Shown here piece after piece: positions 38,454 through 47,570 of a stretch of DNA of 64,000 nt. This stretch comes from an uncultured virus (IMG/VR IMGVR_UViG_3300010158_000057) (lineage: Duplodnaviria > Heunggongvirae > Uroviricota > Caudoviricetes). Every line of letters starts with the position of its first letter. Position 1 is the first letter of the stretch. The notes beneath the pieces were generated by a model. That model had not been told where the DNA came from, did not search any database, and saw only the letters and a program-made list of their open reading frames with translations. The stretch lies in the IMG/VR virus record IMGVR_UViG_3300010158_000057. One strand, written 5' to 3'. The position numbers and the translations under genes were made by a program.

Positions 38454-40715
38454 TTATGTTATATAGCCTTTGAGTTGTATATCAGAAATTCTTACATTTC
38501 CCCAAATGCATCCATTTTTACTGCAACTTCTGGTACTGTCCTTAGCTATTAATTTGTAATATTTGTAACTAGTAGAATTATTAAAACTATAATTTGTTGA
38601 TATGTCATTTGAACCAACACCAGATCTACTATCCAACAAGCTCCAAGAAGAAAAATTATTTGATCCATATAATTCCCAAGAAGAGATAGAGTATAGACCT
38701 CCGTTTTGGTTAGTTATAGATTTTATGCTATAAGAATTTATTACTACCCCATAATCAAAACCAAAATACCCTGTCTCAGTTGCTCCGATAGCTTTGTATG
38801 GGATATCCCAATAATAATCATACCAAGTTCTATTCGGCGTTCCGTGTTGATATACTGACCACTTATTTCTATTATCTCCTCCCAGACCACCAGATTGGAA
38901 AAATACTTTCTTAAATGAAGAGGTATCAAATCCTTGAGACGCATTCAAGTATTTTATTGTCGGTAAACATGAATAGTATCCGTGAATAGCACTTGTAGAC
39001 GACGGACTTTCATATCCCCATAATTGTATCTCTCCTAATACCCAGTCATAAGAACATCCACTCTTATTGCAAGAGTGCGCATCTCTTCCTGTTCCAGTAA
39101 CAATAAATTTATATGACTTATATGCAGTTGGTGAACCTACAGAAAATTCTGAATATGCACTGTCAGCTGTTATGCTACTAGTTGCATATGGTAATCTTGC
39201 TTGACTTGTTCTAACATCAATGTCTACCCAATTAACATCATCATTAGTTCCTTGTATTTTCCATGATTGAGGAGTTTGGTTGCCAAAATCTAAATATTTA
39301 TTGTATCCATTTTGACTACTCCAAGAACCTCCTTCTCCAGGACATGGAACATTGACTTTAAATGGATTCCATAATCTATACTTTGTAAGTACTGTTGGAA
39401 TCATAAAATTAAAATAATATGTTCCACCACCATTAAACAAATAACAGTTATTCCAAATATTATCATAAGGTAATCTTCCATTACTTATTGTATAGTTCCA
39501 ACGATCTACTATTTGACCATAATATTGTCTATAGTCACTATTAATGAATGTTGGATTATAAGTTACTCCACCACCAACTAATGCTCTTGGAGTACTAGAT
39601 ACGCTAGACTGAACAATAATACCACTACTAGCTGCTACTGGACTAGCTGATGGGGTTTTCGTTACTGTTGGAGTAGGAGTAGCTGGTATGGAGCTAGAAG
39701 TAGGAGTGTTGGTTATTGTAGTTGTTGGAGTAGTAGTGGGGGTTTGTGTTAGTGTGGCTGTTGGTGTGGCTGTTGGTGTGGCTGTTGGTGTGGCTGTTGG
39801 TGTGGCTGTTGGTGTGGCTGTTGGTGTGGCTGTTGGTGTGGCTGTTGGTGTAGGTGTAGGGTCACCAATTTCTATATTAACAGCGCCCACTAGCCCAGTA
39901 TTATCAGATAAAACAGGTAACACCTCAGCATGAGTAGGATCCCAATCCTCAATAGCAGCATTATTACCCTCTCCATTTTCTCCAAGATTTTGTAAATTAT
40001 CAAAAATACTACCATTTTGGGTAAAGTTTTCTGTTGCAACCGATAGGAAGTTGGCTTCTTTTTCTGATAATATTAGTTCTTCTGATAAGCTTTGAACCCC
40101 AATACCTGTCTCAAAACTACTTCTATTCAGACCATAAGGAGCTAATGCTTTTCCAAAACCATCCCAGGTTGCTCCGTCTCCACCATTCCATAAAACTCCA
40201 TTATTATCAGCTACTCTTTTAAGAATAGGAACTAGAGCGCCACCCAATTTAACTATATTATTAATGTTAGACCAACTCATCTCAAAAGTCAAATAAGCAG
40301 AGGCTCCTGATCCAACTTTTAGAATATTCAGAGTTACTGGACCAAGAGTTAGTCTTGTGGTAGAGTTATACGTTGTAGAGACAGTGTTGTATACCACTCT
40401 AATATTACTTATAACTTTAGCACTACCATAAGCCTTATTAGTATAATAAATTTTTATACTATCTGTTGACGTTTGTAAATCTAATAACTGCAATTCATTA
40501 TTTCCTGCAGTTCCTGGTTTATTATCTCCCCACTGAGCTATAGTTTTAGTGCTGACTCTATTTTTAGAATCTGTAGAACTAGTAGTAATGTAAAGATGAG
40601 GATCACCCCAACCTCCTATTGTCATGGCTGATAAGGAGGACAGCGGAGGAGACGGGGGTTGTGGAGGATTTACTTTGGCTCTTCCATTAACTATAAATAT
40701 TTTACCATTTTTCAT
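38454..40715 (-). CDS. Protein with a GDPH-containing N-terminal domain, (PTAT)n linker and two discoidin-like domains
   Basis: GWGDPHL; perfect 12-bp tandem repeat at about 39752-39851; PQSWKIQGTND and SSWELYGSNN domains paralogous to 37124..38443. Confidence 0.75.
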   Translation of the reverse strand: MKNGKIFIVNGRAKVNPPQPPSPPLSSLSAMTIGGWGDPHLYITTSSTDSKNRVSTKTIAQWGDNKPGTAGNNELQLLDLQTSTDSIKIYYTNKAYGSAKVISNIRVVYNTVSTTYNSTTRLTLGPVTLNILKVGSGASAYLTFEMSWSNINNIVKLGGALVPILKRVADNNGVLWNGGDGATWDGFGKALAPYGLNRSSFETGIGVQSLSEELILSEKEANFLSVATENFTQNGSIFDNLQNLGENGEGNNAAIEDWDPTHAEVLPVLSDNTGLVGAVNIEIGDPTPTPTATPTATPTATPTATPTATPTATPTATPTATLTQTPTTTPTTTITNTPTSSSIPATPTPTVTKTPSASPVAASSGIIVQSSVSSTPRALVGGGVTYNPTFINSDYRQYYGQIVDRWNYTISNGRLPYDNIWNNCYLFNGGGTYYFNFMIPTVLTKYRLWNPFKVNVPCPGEGGSWSSQNGYNKYLDFGNQTPQSWKIQGTNDDVNWVDIDVRTSQARLPYATSSITADSAYSEFSVGSPTAYKSYKFIVTGTGRDAHSCNKSGCSYDWVLGEIQLWGYESPSSTSAIHGYYSCLPTIKYLNASQGFDTSSFKKVFFQSGGLGGDNRNKWSVYQHGTPNRTWYDYYWDIPYKAIGATETGYFGFDYGVVINSYSIKSITNQNGGLYSISSWELYGSNNFSSWSLLDSRSGVGSNDISTNYSFNNSTSYKYYKLIAKDSTRSCSKNGCIWGNVRISDIQLKGYIT

Positions 40716-40788
40716 ATTATATGTATTCCAACATAAAGGATTAGATTATTAGTTGTGTAAAAAATATAAAACTTAAAAACAGTCTTAA

Positions 40789-43617
40789 TTATGGTGTTCC
40801 ACCATCTATAATAAAGTATTTCAATGTTGTTGCTGGTGTGGTATTTGATGAACCCAAAAGCTCATTGGCAGATGCATTAAATCGGAGATTATTATTGACG
40901 CTTGGTTTAAGATTACCATCTGTACCATTAACAAAAACTAAATTATTAGTATTAGAACTACTAAGATCAACTTCAATATTATTGGCATTAGTAGCTGTAC
41001 CACTAAGATCACCAACAAATGACGTGCTACTAACACTACTTAGTCCTGATACAGAAGTGATGCTTCCTCCAAGACTAACTGATGTTGAACCAATAGTTAC
41101 AGAGCTGTTAGCTAATTGAGAATTATCGACACCACTAGCTTTGATACTTACGACGCCAGAAGAAACACTAAAATCTCCACTATCAAAACTAGCAAGACCT
41201 TTATCCTGTGTTGAAGCGTTAAGTATATAGCTGTCAATAATTCCTGTTACTCGACCATAAGAATCTGTAGTTACACTAGAAACTACTGCTTGAGCAGAGG
41301 TCGCTCCGGCTGGGAGACTGCTAACAGCGCGAGCAAGCGTTACAGTATCAAGATCAATATTATCAGCATTAACAACTATACGACCAGCTGTACCAACAGC
41401 ATCTATAGTATTTCCATTCTTTGTTAAACCAGCACCGGCGGTTATCTGACCTGCCCCGGAGAATTGAGCAAATGCTAGGCTGGTTGTGCCGAGAGTGATG
41501 GTGTCGTTTGTTGTCAATACCCACCCACTATCAGCATTAACAGTACCTTCAGACACGAAAGTAAATAGTCCAGTAGTAACTTCAGCATCAGAATCAGCGT
41601 CGGATGCTCTACTCCAAGAACCAGCAGCTACCGTATAGATACCATTTTGACTACCAGTATTCTGATTCTTTACTAATACTCTATCGCCAGCTATAACGGT
41701 AACCCCGTCAACAGTTTGGGTTCCAGATAGTGTTATATTGGCTGTTGTAGCAACTCTAACACTTGCTTTAACATCAAGACCCATTCGGGCAGCATCTACG
41801 TATGCTTTTGTGGCAGCATCTTGAGCACTAACCGGATCTGCTAAACTAGTAATCTTAACACTATTGAAGGATACGTCACTTGTAGGAACACTCATTTGAT
41901 CCAAACGATTGGTTCTTACAGCAGTATTGAAGTCATTAATATTACTAGCAACTAAACCACTACCACCAACAGTAAGATTACCATTAATGGTCACTCCACT
42001 CAGTGTGGGATTATTTGCAAATACTAATGATCCTGTTCCTGTTTCATCACTAATAACTCCAGCTAGTTGTGAAGATGTTGTCGAAGCAAACTGAGCTAAG
42101 GTTCCTGCTACAGCAGCGCGACTGGTGTCTGTTGGATGAACGTGGTCAGCACGAGCTGCTGTTGTTGCAGTACCCACTGCTGCGATACTGTCCATCAACG
42201 GAGTTGAGCTACTTAGACCGGTGATACTATTAAAAGACGTACCTGTTGCTACTCCGATGTTTGGAGAAACAAGCGTGGGACTATTAGAAAATACTAAATT
42301 GCCTGATCCAGTTTCATCGCTAACAAGAGTTGAGAGATTGTTACTACTTGGTGTTAGTAAAAAGGTTCTAGCGTTAGCTGAAAGATCTGTAATCTCTGCT
42401 AGTTGAATAGTAGGATCACTTAAACTAATAACATAATTACCGCTATTATGTGTTAAAGATATACCACTACCAGCTGTTAAAGAGCTACTAATTGTAAGAG
42501 TATTAGTTCCACTACTATATACGATATCAACACCGCTACCACCAACAATACTTGCGCTAACAGCATTATCAATAAGAGCATTAACGCCACTAGCAAAGTT
42601 AGTAATTAAAGATGTTGGAATACCAGTCACACTAACAGTATGATTACCAGAAACACTAACAATACCAATTCCAGAGCCTTGAACTAGACTCTTCACGCCT
42701 AATAGTCCACTTACTGCTGTGTTAAAATCAGTAATATTAGAGCTTGTATGAGTATGTCCATTCAAACTAACTGCCGTATTACCAACAGTTAAAGTATTAA
42801 AATTACCAGTTCCACTTGGAATACTAACTGATCCTGTAAAAGCTGCTCCAGCCAATGCTGCTCTTGTTGTATCTGTTGGATGAACGTGATCTTCTCTCGA
42901 ATATTTTTTGGAAGTTCCGACAGCAGCAGTTCCGTTCATTAAAGGATTGCTTGAAGAAGCTTGTCCAATAACAAATGCTGTACTAGCAATTTGTGTTGTG
43001 TTCGTATCAGCAGCAGCAGTTGGAGCTGTTGGAGTTCCAGTCAATGCTGGACTATTTAGTGGAGCATATACTCCGCTTACCAATCCACTAACACTAGTAT
43101 TAAAATCTCCAATATAAGAACTAGTTAGTCCAGTAACCGAGATTGTTTCTACCTTACCAGTATTGTCGTAGCTGGCTTTAATTCCACTTACTCCAGTAAT
43201 TGTAGATCCAATTAGATCTTTAACAGTATCAGAATTAACAGGCGAACTAATAACAAAACCTTTATCTCCTGTTGGAGTTATAGTAATATTATTTCCGGCA
43301 ATAATGCTCTTTACTGGAAGTAGTCCGCTAACTGCGCTATTAAAATCGCTAAGATAGCTAGAACTTAATCCAGTAACTGATACTGTTATTGTTCCTGAAG
43401 TTGAAGCATAAGATACATTTATACCACTAGTTCCTACAAAATCAGCTCCGGTAATATTTGCCCAAGATAAACTTCCCCAGAGACTAGTGCCATCGCCTAT
43501 CTTAAATTTTTTAATTGTTGTATCGTAGCCAAGCTCTCCTTGAGCTAGTGGGCTATTAGAAGCTGCCCATAGGCTTGATGATCCTCTTCTGAGCTGAATA
43601 GTAGTTAAAGCTGGCAT
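40789..43617 (-). CDS. Long fibre protein with an Mtd-N-like N-terminus
   Basis: IQLRRGSS..W...LAQGELGYD...KIGDG; SPALTGTPTAPT...TQIASTAFV; two DHVHPTDT repeats; DAATKAYVD; GDRVLVKNQ...NGIY; C-terminal IDGGTP. Confidence 0.85.
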   Translation of the reverse strand: MPALTTIQLRRGSSSLWAASNSPLAQGELGYDTTIKKFKIGDGTSLWGSLSWANITGADFVGTSGINVSYASTSGTITVSVTGLSSSYLSDFNSAVSGLLPVKSIIAGNNITITPTGDKGFVISSPVNSDTVKDLIGSTITGVSGIKASYDNTGKVETISVTGLTSSYIGDFNTSVSGLVSGVYAPLNSPALTGTPTAPTAAADTNTTQIASTAFVIGQASSSNPLMNGTAAVGTSKKYSREDHVHPTDTTRAALAGAAFTGSVSIPSGTGNFNTLTVGNTAVSLNGHTHTSSNITDFNTAVSGLLGVKSLVQGSGIGIVSVSGNHTVSVTGIPTSLITNFASGVNALIDNAVSASIVGGSGVDIVYSSGTNTLTISSSLTAGSGISLTHNSGNYVISLSDPTIQLAEITDLSANARTFLLTPSSNNLSTLVSDETGSGNLVFSNSPTLVSPNIGVATGTSFNSITGLSSSTPLMDSIAAVGTATTAARADHVHPTDTSRAAVAGTLAQFASTTSSQLAGVISDETGTGSLVFANNPTLSGVTINGNLTVGGSGLVASNINDFNTAVRTNRLDQMSVPTSDVSFNSVKITSLADPVSAQDAATKAYVDAARMGLDVKASVRVATTANITLSGTQTVDGVTVIAGDRVLVKNQNTGSQNGIYTVAAGSWSRASDADSDAEVTTGLFTFVSEGTVNADSGWVLTTNDTITLGTTSLAFAQFSGAGQITAGAGLTKNGNTIDAVGTAGRIVVNADNIDLDTVTLARAVSSLPAGATSAQAVVSSVTTDSYGRVTGIIDSYILNASTQDKGLASFDSGDFSVSSGVVSIKASGVDNSQLANSSVTIGSTSVSLGGSITSVSGLSSVSSTSFVGDLSGTATNANNIEVDLSSSNTNNLVFVNGTDGNLKPSVNNNLRFNASANELLGSSNTTPATTLKYFIIDGGTP

Positions 43618-43651
43618 TTTAATAGTCTCCGATATTTTTAAAAAAATTTTT

Positions 43652-43915
43652 TTATGGGGTACCGCAGTCGAAGTTGTAATGGTCTAAATAATGGTCTAGT
43701 CCACTGATCCTAGATACGTCTAAATTTCCAATAATTTTACTAAAAGGAATATCTGGTAAATCACCAACTCCAATAATAGCTGATCTACTTAGTATACTTA
43801 CACCAGCAGACGAGAATCTTTCTATTTCCACTACTCCAACAGTATCTAAAAAACTAGTTTCTATAGAAATAATATTGGGTTGAGTATTTTCAACTATTAC
43901 AGTAAAGTCGTTCAT
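43652..43915 (-). CDS. Small hypothetical structural protein
   Basis: ATGA overlap at 43912-43915; ends FDCGTP, similar to the adjacent fibre's IDGGTP. Confidence 0.65.
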   Translation of the reverse strand: MNDFTVIVENTQPNIISIETSFLDTVGVVEIERFSSAGVSILSRSAIIGVGDLPDIPFSKIIGNLDVSRISGLDHYLDHYNFDCGTP

Positions 43916-44316
43916 GTTTGACAATCCAAAAGAGTTTCATTTTCACTAAATCTATGAGTAATTTTAACTGTTCCAAATATTAGTCTGATAATCTCTTTTC
44001 CTCCTCCAACATACATATCTTGGGGACTTTCTAATTCAAGATCGTATTTTGCTTTGCTAAAAATGAATCCGTTTGTAGTATTAGCCGGAATCTGTAGCAA
44101 TAATTTTCCATCAACTCCGATAATATCAAACTTATAAATACTATGGTCTGTATTTGCTGTAGAAAAAATCTGCATAGCTCCATCGTCTGTTGTCCAAACG
44201 AGTCTAGCGCACCAATTAGTGATATTAAAAGGAATATTATTAGGATCTTTGTAGATTAATGCTAGTTTAAAGGATGTTCCCTGCTCAATAGAAAAATCGT
44301 ATTTACTTGCAGGCAT
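43912..44316 (-). CDS. BppU-N-like virion protein, paralogue of the 33386..34402 N-terminus
   Basis: MPASKYDFSIEQGTSF...AKYDLEL...RLIFGTV versus MPAATHNFLLEQGSDF...AVYDLDL...RLAQGTI. Confidence 0.7.
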   Translation of the reverse strand: MPASKYDFSIEQGTSFKLALIYKDPNNIPFNITNWCARLVWTTDDGAMQIFSTANTDHSIYKFDIIGVDGKLLLQIPANTTNGFIFSKAKYDLELESPQDMYVGGGKEIIRLIFGTVKITHRFSENETLLDCQT

Positions 44317-44365
44317 AGTGTTGTTATCCTATTTAAAACAGATAATTAGATAGATATAGTTATAG

Positions 44366-44371
44366 TACACC
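44366..44371 (-). promoter_or_regulatory. Candidate late-promoter motif GGTGTA
   Basis: Directly after the MCP terminator, about 50 bp upstream of the 44316 start. Confidence 0.6.
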
Positions 44372-44378
44372 TATAGAC

Positions 44379-44413
44379 AAAAATCAGGGCCGGGTTTTTA
44401 GGCCCAGCCCTGA
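44379..44413 (-). terminator. Rho-independent terminator after the major capsid gene
   Basis: Minus strand reads TCAGGGCTGGGCC-TAAA-AACCCGGCCCTGA-TTTTT. Confidence 0.85.
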
Positions 44414-44449
44414 CTTTTATAGCTGATTAGGTTAAGTTAACTAACTTGA

Positions 44450-45460
44450 TTAGAGAGCACCAAGTAGAACTCTACGGTTATCTAGAACAGCAAAGCCTTG
44501 CTCGGCCCATCCATAGAAACCGGCTCTCTTCTGACGATGTAGTGTCTCGTCTTCGAAGATCTGGACTTCTTGGCGAACTGGCATGATGAAACTGTCTCTC
44601 TTGCGTAGATCAAGACCAACTACAACTTCACCCTTACCACTTGGTAGTGTGCCGCTGAGAGTATTGGTATAGAATAGTTGATATTCTTGTCCAACACCTA
44701 GTTCGTCTCTGTCGTGCAAGTTGATTCCGAAGATTCTGTTAAGAGTACCGTCGGCAGCGGTATAGATCTCACGACGAGTAATCTCGTCAACGATATCGAT
44801 ACCCCAGTTACGGATGTCTTCCATAGCTTCTGGAGAAACATAAAGATCAGTTAGAATACCACGGTTGGTACTAGCAGAGTTACCACCACCGTTTCTACGC
44901 ATAACTGTCTTCATGAGACTGACTAGTCTCTTGGTAAACTGATTAGCATTGGCGTCACTATCGTATACTACGATGTTACGATCAACAGCAGCGGCCATTA
45001 GTGTGTGCCAGCCATCGTCGTTCATCTTCTTAACGAATGAAGCCTCTAGGACTTCCATAGCACGACCAACAACGTCCCAGCGAGCATCACGAGCATACTT
45101 CAAGAGATAGTCAATTGAAGCGCCGATGTCATAGGTTGGAACCATGACGTAATCGCTTTCAACGTGACGCTCTGGAATATATCCATGATTTGGTACAGTG
45201 TAGGCTACGAAGTCCTTTTCTGTGCCAGGAGCGATGAAGTCCAATGGAAACTCAGGAGTTGCACTCTGAGCCAATTGGATGGGTTCAAAAATATTGTCGA
45301 GGATGTTACCGCTTAACAGTCCTTGACGAAGGGGCAATTCGAGAGCTTTTGCAAACTCTCTGTTAGCTGCTAGAGCTACTTCTCGGTCTGGTGAACCAGA
45401 ACGAACTAGTAGTTCAGTAACTTCTGCAGTTGGTTGGAACTTATTTGTATTAGATGCCAT
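44450..45460 (-). CDS. Major capsid protein (HK97 fold)
   Basis: About 336 aa following portal, protease and decoration genes; strong SD (GAGGAG), a terminator downstream, and a C-terminal GFYGWAEQGFAVLD motif. Confidence 0.85.
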   Translation of the reverse strand: MASNTNKFQPTAEVTELLVRSGSPDREVALAANREFAKALELPLRQGLLSGNILDNIFEPIQLAQSATPEFPLDFIAPGTEKDFVAYTVPNHGYIPERHVESDYVMVPTYDIGASIDYLLKYARDARWDVVGRAMEVLEASFVKKMNDDGWHTLMAAAVDRNIVVYDSDANANQFTKRLVSLMKTVMRRNGGGNSASTNRGILTDLYVSPEAMEDIRNWGIDIVDEITRREIYTAADGTLNRIFGINLHDRDELGVGQEYQLFYTNTLSGTLPSGKGEVVVGLDLRKRDSFIMPVRQEVQIFEDETLHRQKRAGFYGWAEQGFAVLDNRRVLLGAL

Positions 45461-45480
45461 TTTTTTTCTCTCCTCTAAAA

Positions 45481-45936
45481 TCAAGTAATGTTGATGTCTA
45501 CTTTAACGTAACCGTCAGCGTCTTTACTACCAAGGAATGTACCTACTTTCACAGCGTTTGTGGATGAAGTACTAAGTAAGCCGTTAGCGCCTACGTAAGC
45601 ACCGACACCTGCTGTTGGAGTATTTCCAGATACAACCATGTTAGTAGTGACTTGTCCCTGACGGAGAAGAGTTACCTTGCCCCCGACTTGGACTTCGTCT
45701 TTGTACCAGTTGATGTGCTGTCTGGTTAAATCAATATTTACAACGTCGTTCATAAGAACGCCAACGGGTAGAGCACCCGAGACGGCTGAGGCGTAGCCAA
45801 CGACAGCATTAGCGTCGTCCATAGCTACTCCGGCACCACCAGTTACAACAGAAGCTACGCCGCCTCTTTCTGCAACTGTGTTCATGAAAAAAGAAATATC
45901 TGTGCGAGCTTCGATACGATCTGGTTTTAGAGCCAT
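45481..45936 (-). CDS. Putative capsid decoration/cement protein
   Basis: 151 aa, small and beta-rich, between scaffold and MCP. Confidence 0.65.
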   Translation of the reverse strand: MALKPDRIEARTDISFFMNTVAERGGVASVVTGGAGVAMDDANAVVGYASAVSGALPVGVLMNDVVNIDLTRQHINWYKDEVQVGGKVTLLRQGQVTTNMVVSGNTPTAGVGAYVGANGLLSTSSTNAVKVGTFLGSKDADGYVKVDINIT

Positions 45937-45958
45937 TTCAGTTTCTCCCTATTAATAG

Positions 45959-47569
45959 TTATTTTTTACCTAATCTGCTACTTACAAAATCGATTAATGC
46001 GGCTCTGGTGGTGTCTACCGAAGATTCGGTTTCTCCTCCAACGCCAAGATTAACTTCTTCTACTACCTCAACTGTGTCTAATACTTCTGGATCAGCAGAA
46101 GTTTCTGATGCTTTCTTCTTGTCTTTGGCTTTTTTATCATCTTCTTTATCGTCGCCCTTCTTGATCTTTTCCAACCATGGTGGCATCTTACCAGCAAACA
46201 AGCTGGTCATAGCCTCAAAAGCATCATCAGCCATAGTTTCAAATTTTTCTACAACGGTTTCTGCTGACTCAGCATCAACACCATTGTCGATTAGAGAAGC
46301 TTTTCTTTTCATCTTCTTTTCTTTCTTAGCCATTTCTACTTCTTTCATCTTATATCCAGCAATGGCTTCTAGAGCAGCATCTAGTTCAGATTTGACCTTT
46401 TTCATTTCTTCATCTTTTTTGGCCATTTCTTGTTTTGTTTTCTTGGCTGCTTCTGTTTCTTCTTCTTTATCTTCTTCTTTTTTACTTTCCTTTTTATCTT
46501 CTACTTCATTCTTTTCTTCTTCTTCCTTCATTTTCTTAGCAGCTTCAATTATCTCTAATTGGGAAGCGACTTGAGATTCAAGTTCAACTATTCTTGTTTG
46601 TAGGCTGTCTACAAAAGCCGTATCTGTTGCAACAGTTTCTGTTGTGGTGGTTGTTTCTGTAACAACGTCTGTTGTTTGTGTGCCAACATCTGGTGTTGCT
46701 ACAATGGTCTGTTCTGTTGAAGCTACTGTCTCTGTCTGAGTTGAATTCATAGTCGTGTTCTCCACATTTAAGGTTGACTGATTATCAAATACACCTAGAT
46801 TTGATAAATTAGCAAAAATTTCTGTTGAATTATTTAAAAAAGAATCTTTTGTAAAAATTATACTATCGGGATTTGCTGGTTTGTCAACAAAACCCTTGCC
46901 TGAAAAGGTTATGTTTCTCAATACTCTACCAATTTTATAATTATCATGTTCTCCTAATCCACCGTATGATCTAAGGTGTTTAGTTAAAAATGCTGTTTCT
47001 GCATTTCTATTTAAAACTTTAAATTCACCTGTTGATTTATTTAATAGTCCGTAATCAAATCCTTTAAAAAAGCATTCCATACTAACATATTTAGTTCCGG
47101 ACTCTATTTCTGATATTAGAGTATTCGCCCTACTCATTAATTCTTCAGAAGAAAATCCTTTATAAATAACTGATCCTGTTAAAATATGAAATTTATTTGG
47201 TAGATTTTCTACTGGAGTATTTTCGTCAATTAAAACTCCATCATCAGTAATAGGCCAGTTTGATGTAATATGGCCAACTATAACATTTTCGTCATGATTA
47301 AGATTAGTGGGTTTATCCTCTGGGGTATGTTTAGCTGCCCAAACTTCATCTTTATCAAAAATATCATCGTTTTTATTCCAGCTAGAAGTTACTAAAATAG
47401 ACTGGACATAATAAAGATCACTATCTTGTAGTGAAGCTAAACTCTTTATGTGCTTAACACTATGATTGGTTTTATTCGAAGGCTCAACAACGCAAGCATA
47501 TGAGATAGAAGCTTGTGATTTAAGCTTTTCTTCGAGACCATCGCTAATCTCTTGTTCAAAAATATGCAT
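45959..47569 (-). CDS. Prohead protease fused to a scaffold-like coiled coil
   Basis: NKNDD.F...NLNHD...VGHI (His), VSMEC (Ser), GFVDKPANP; Glu/Lys-rich C-terminal half. Confidence 0.75.
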   Translation of the reverse strand: MHIFEQEISDGLEEKLKSQASISYACVVEPSNKTNHSVKHIKSLASLQDSDLYYVQSILVTSSWNKNDDIFDKDEVWAAKHTPEDKPTNLNHDENVIVGHITSNWPITDDGVLIDENTPVENLPNKFHILTGSVIYKGFSSEELMSRANTLISEIESGTKYVSMECFFKGFDYGLLNKSTGEFKVLNRNAETAFLTKHLRSYGGLGEHDNYKIGRVLRNITFSGKGFVDKPANPDSIIFTKDSFLNNSTEIFANLSNLGVFDNQSTLNVENTTMNSTQTETVASTEQTIVATPDVGTQTTDVVTETTTTTETVATDTAFVDSLQTRIVELESQVASQLEIIEAAKKMKEEEEKNEVEDKKESKKEEDKEEETEAAKKTKQEMAKKDEEMKKVKSELDAALEAIAGYKMKEVEMAKKEKKMKRKASLIDNGVDAESAETVVEKFETMADDAFEAMTSLFAGKMPPWLEKIKKGDDKEDDKKAKDKKKASETSADPEVLDTVEVVEEVNLGVGGETESSVDTTRAALIDFVSSRLGKK

Positions 47570-47570
47570 T

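Noticed and set aside
39752..39851. Tandem repeats as a CRISPR array (also 1-276 and 6769-6835)
   Set aside because: Head-to-tail, in-frame coding repeats with no spacers and no cas genes.
35106..43617. Diversity-generating retroelement suggested by Mtd-like N-termini
   Set aside because: Only the N-terminal anchor resembles Mtd; no reverse transcriptase or TR/VR pair is seen in the window.
1011..46574. Many plus-strand ORFs (Val-Gly-rich at 1011, 2316, 35347, 39688; Ser/Phe/Leu-rich ones opposite the TMP and scaffold)
   Set aside because: Antisense shadows of Thr-Pro or Lys/Glu-rich coding sequence, fully nested opposite longer genes.
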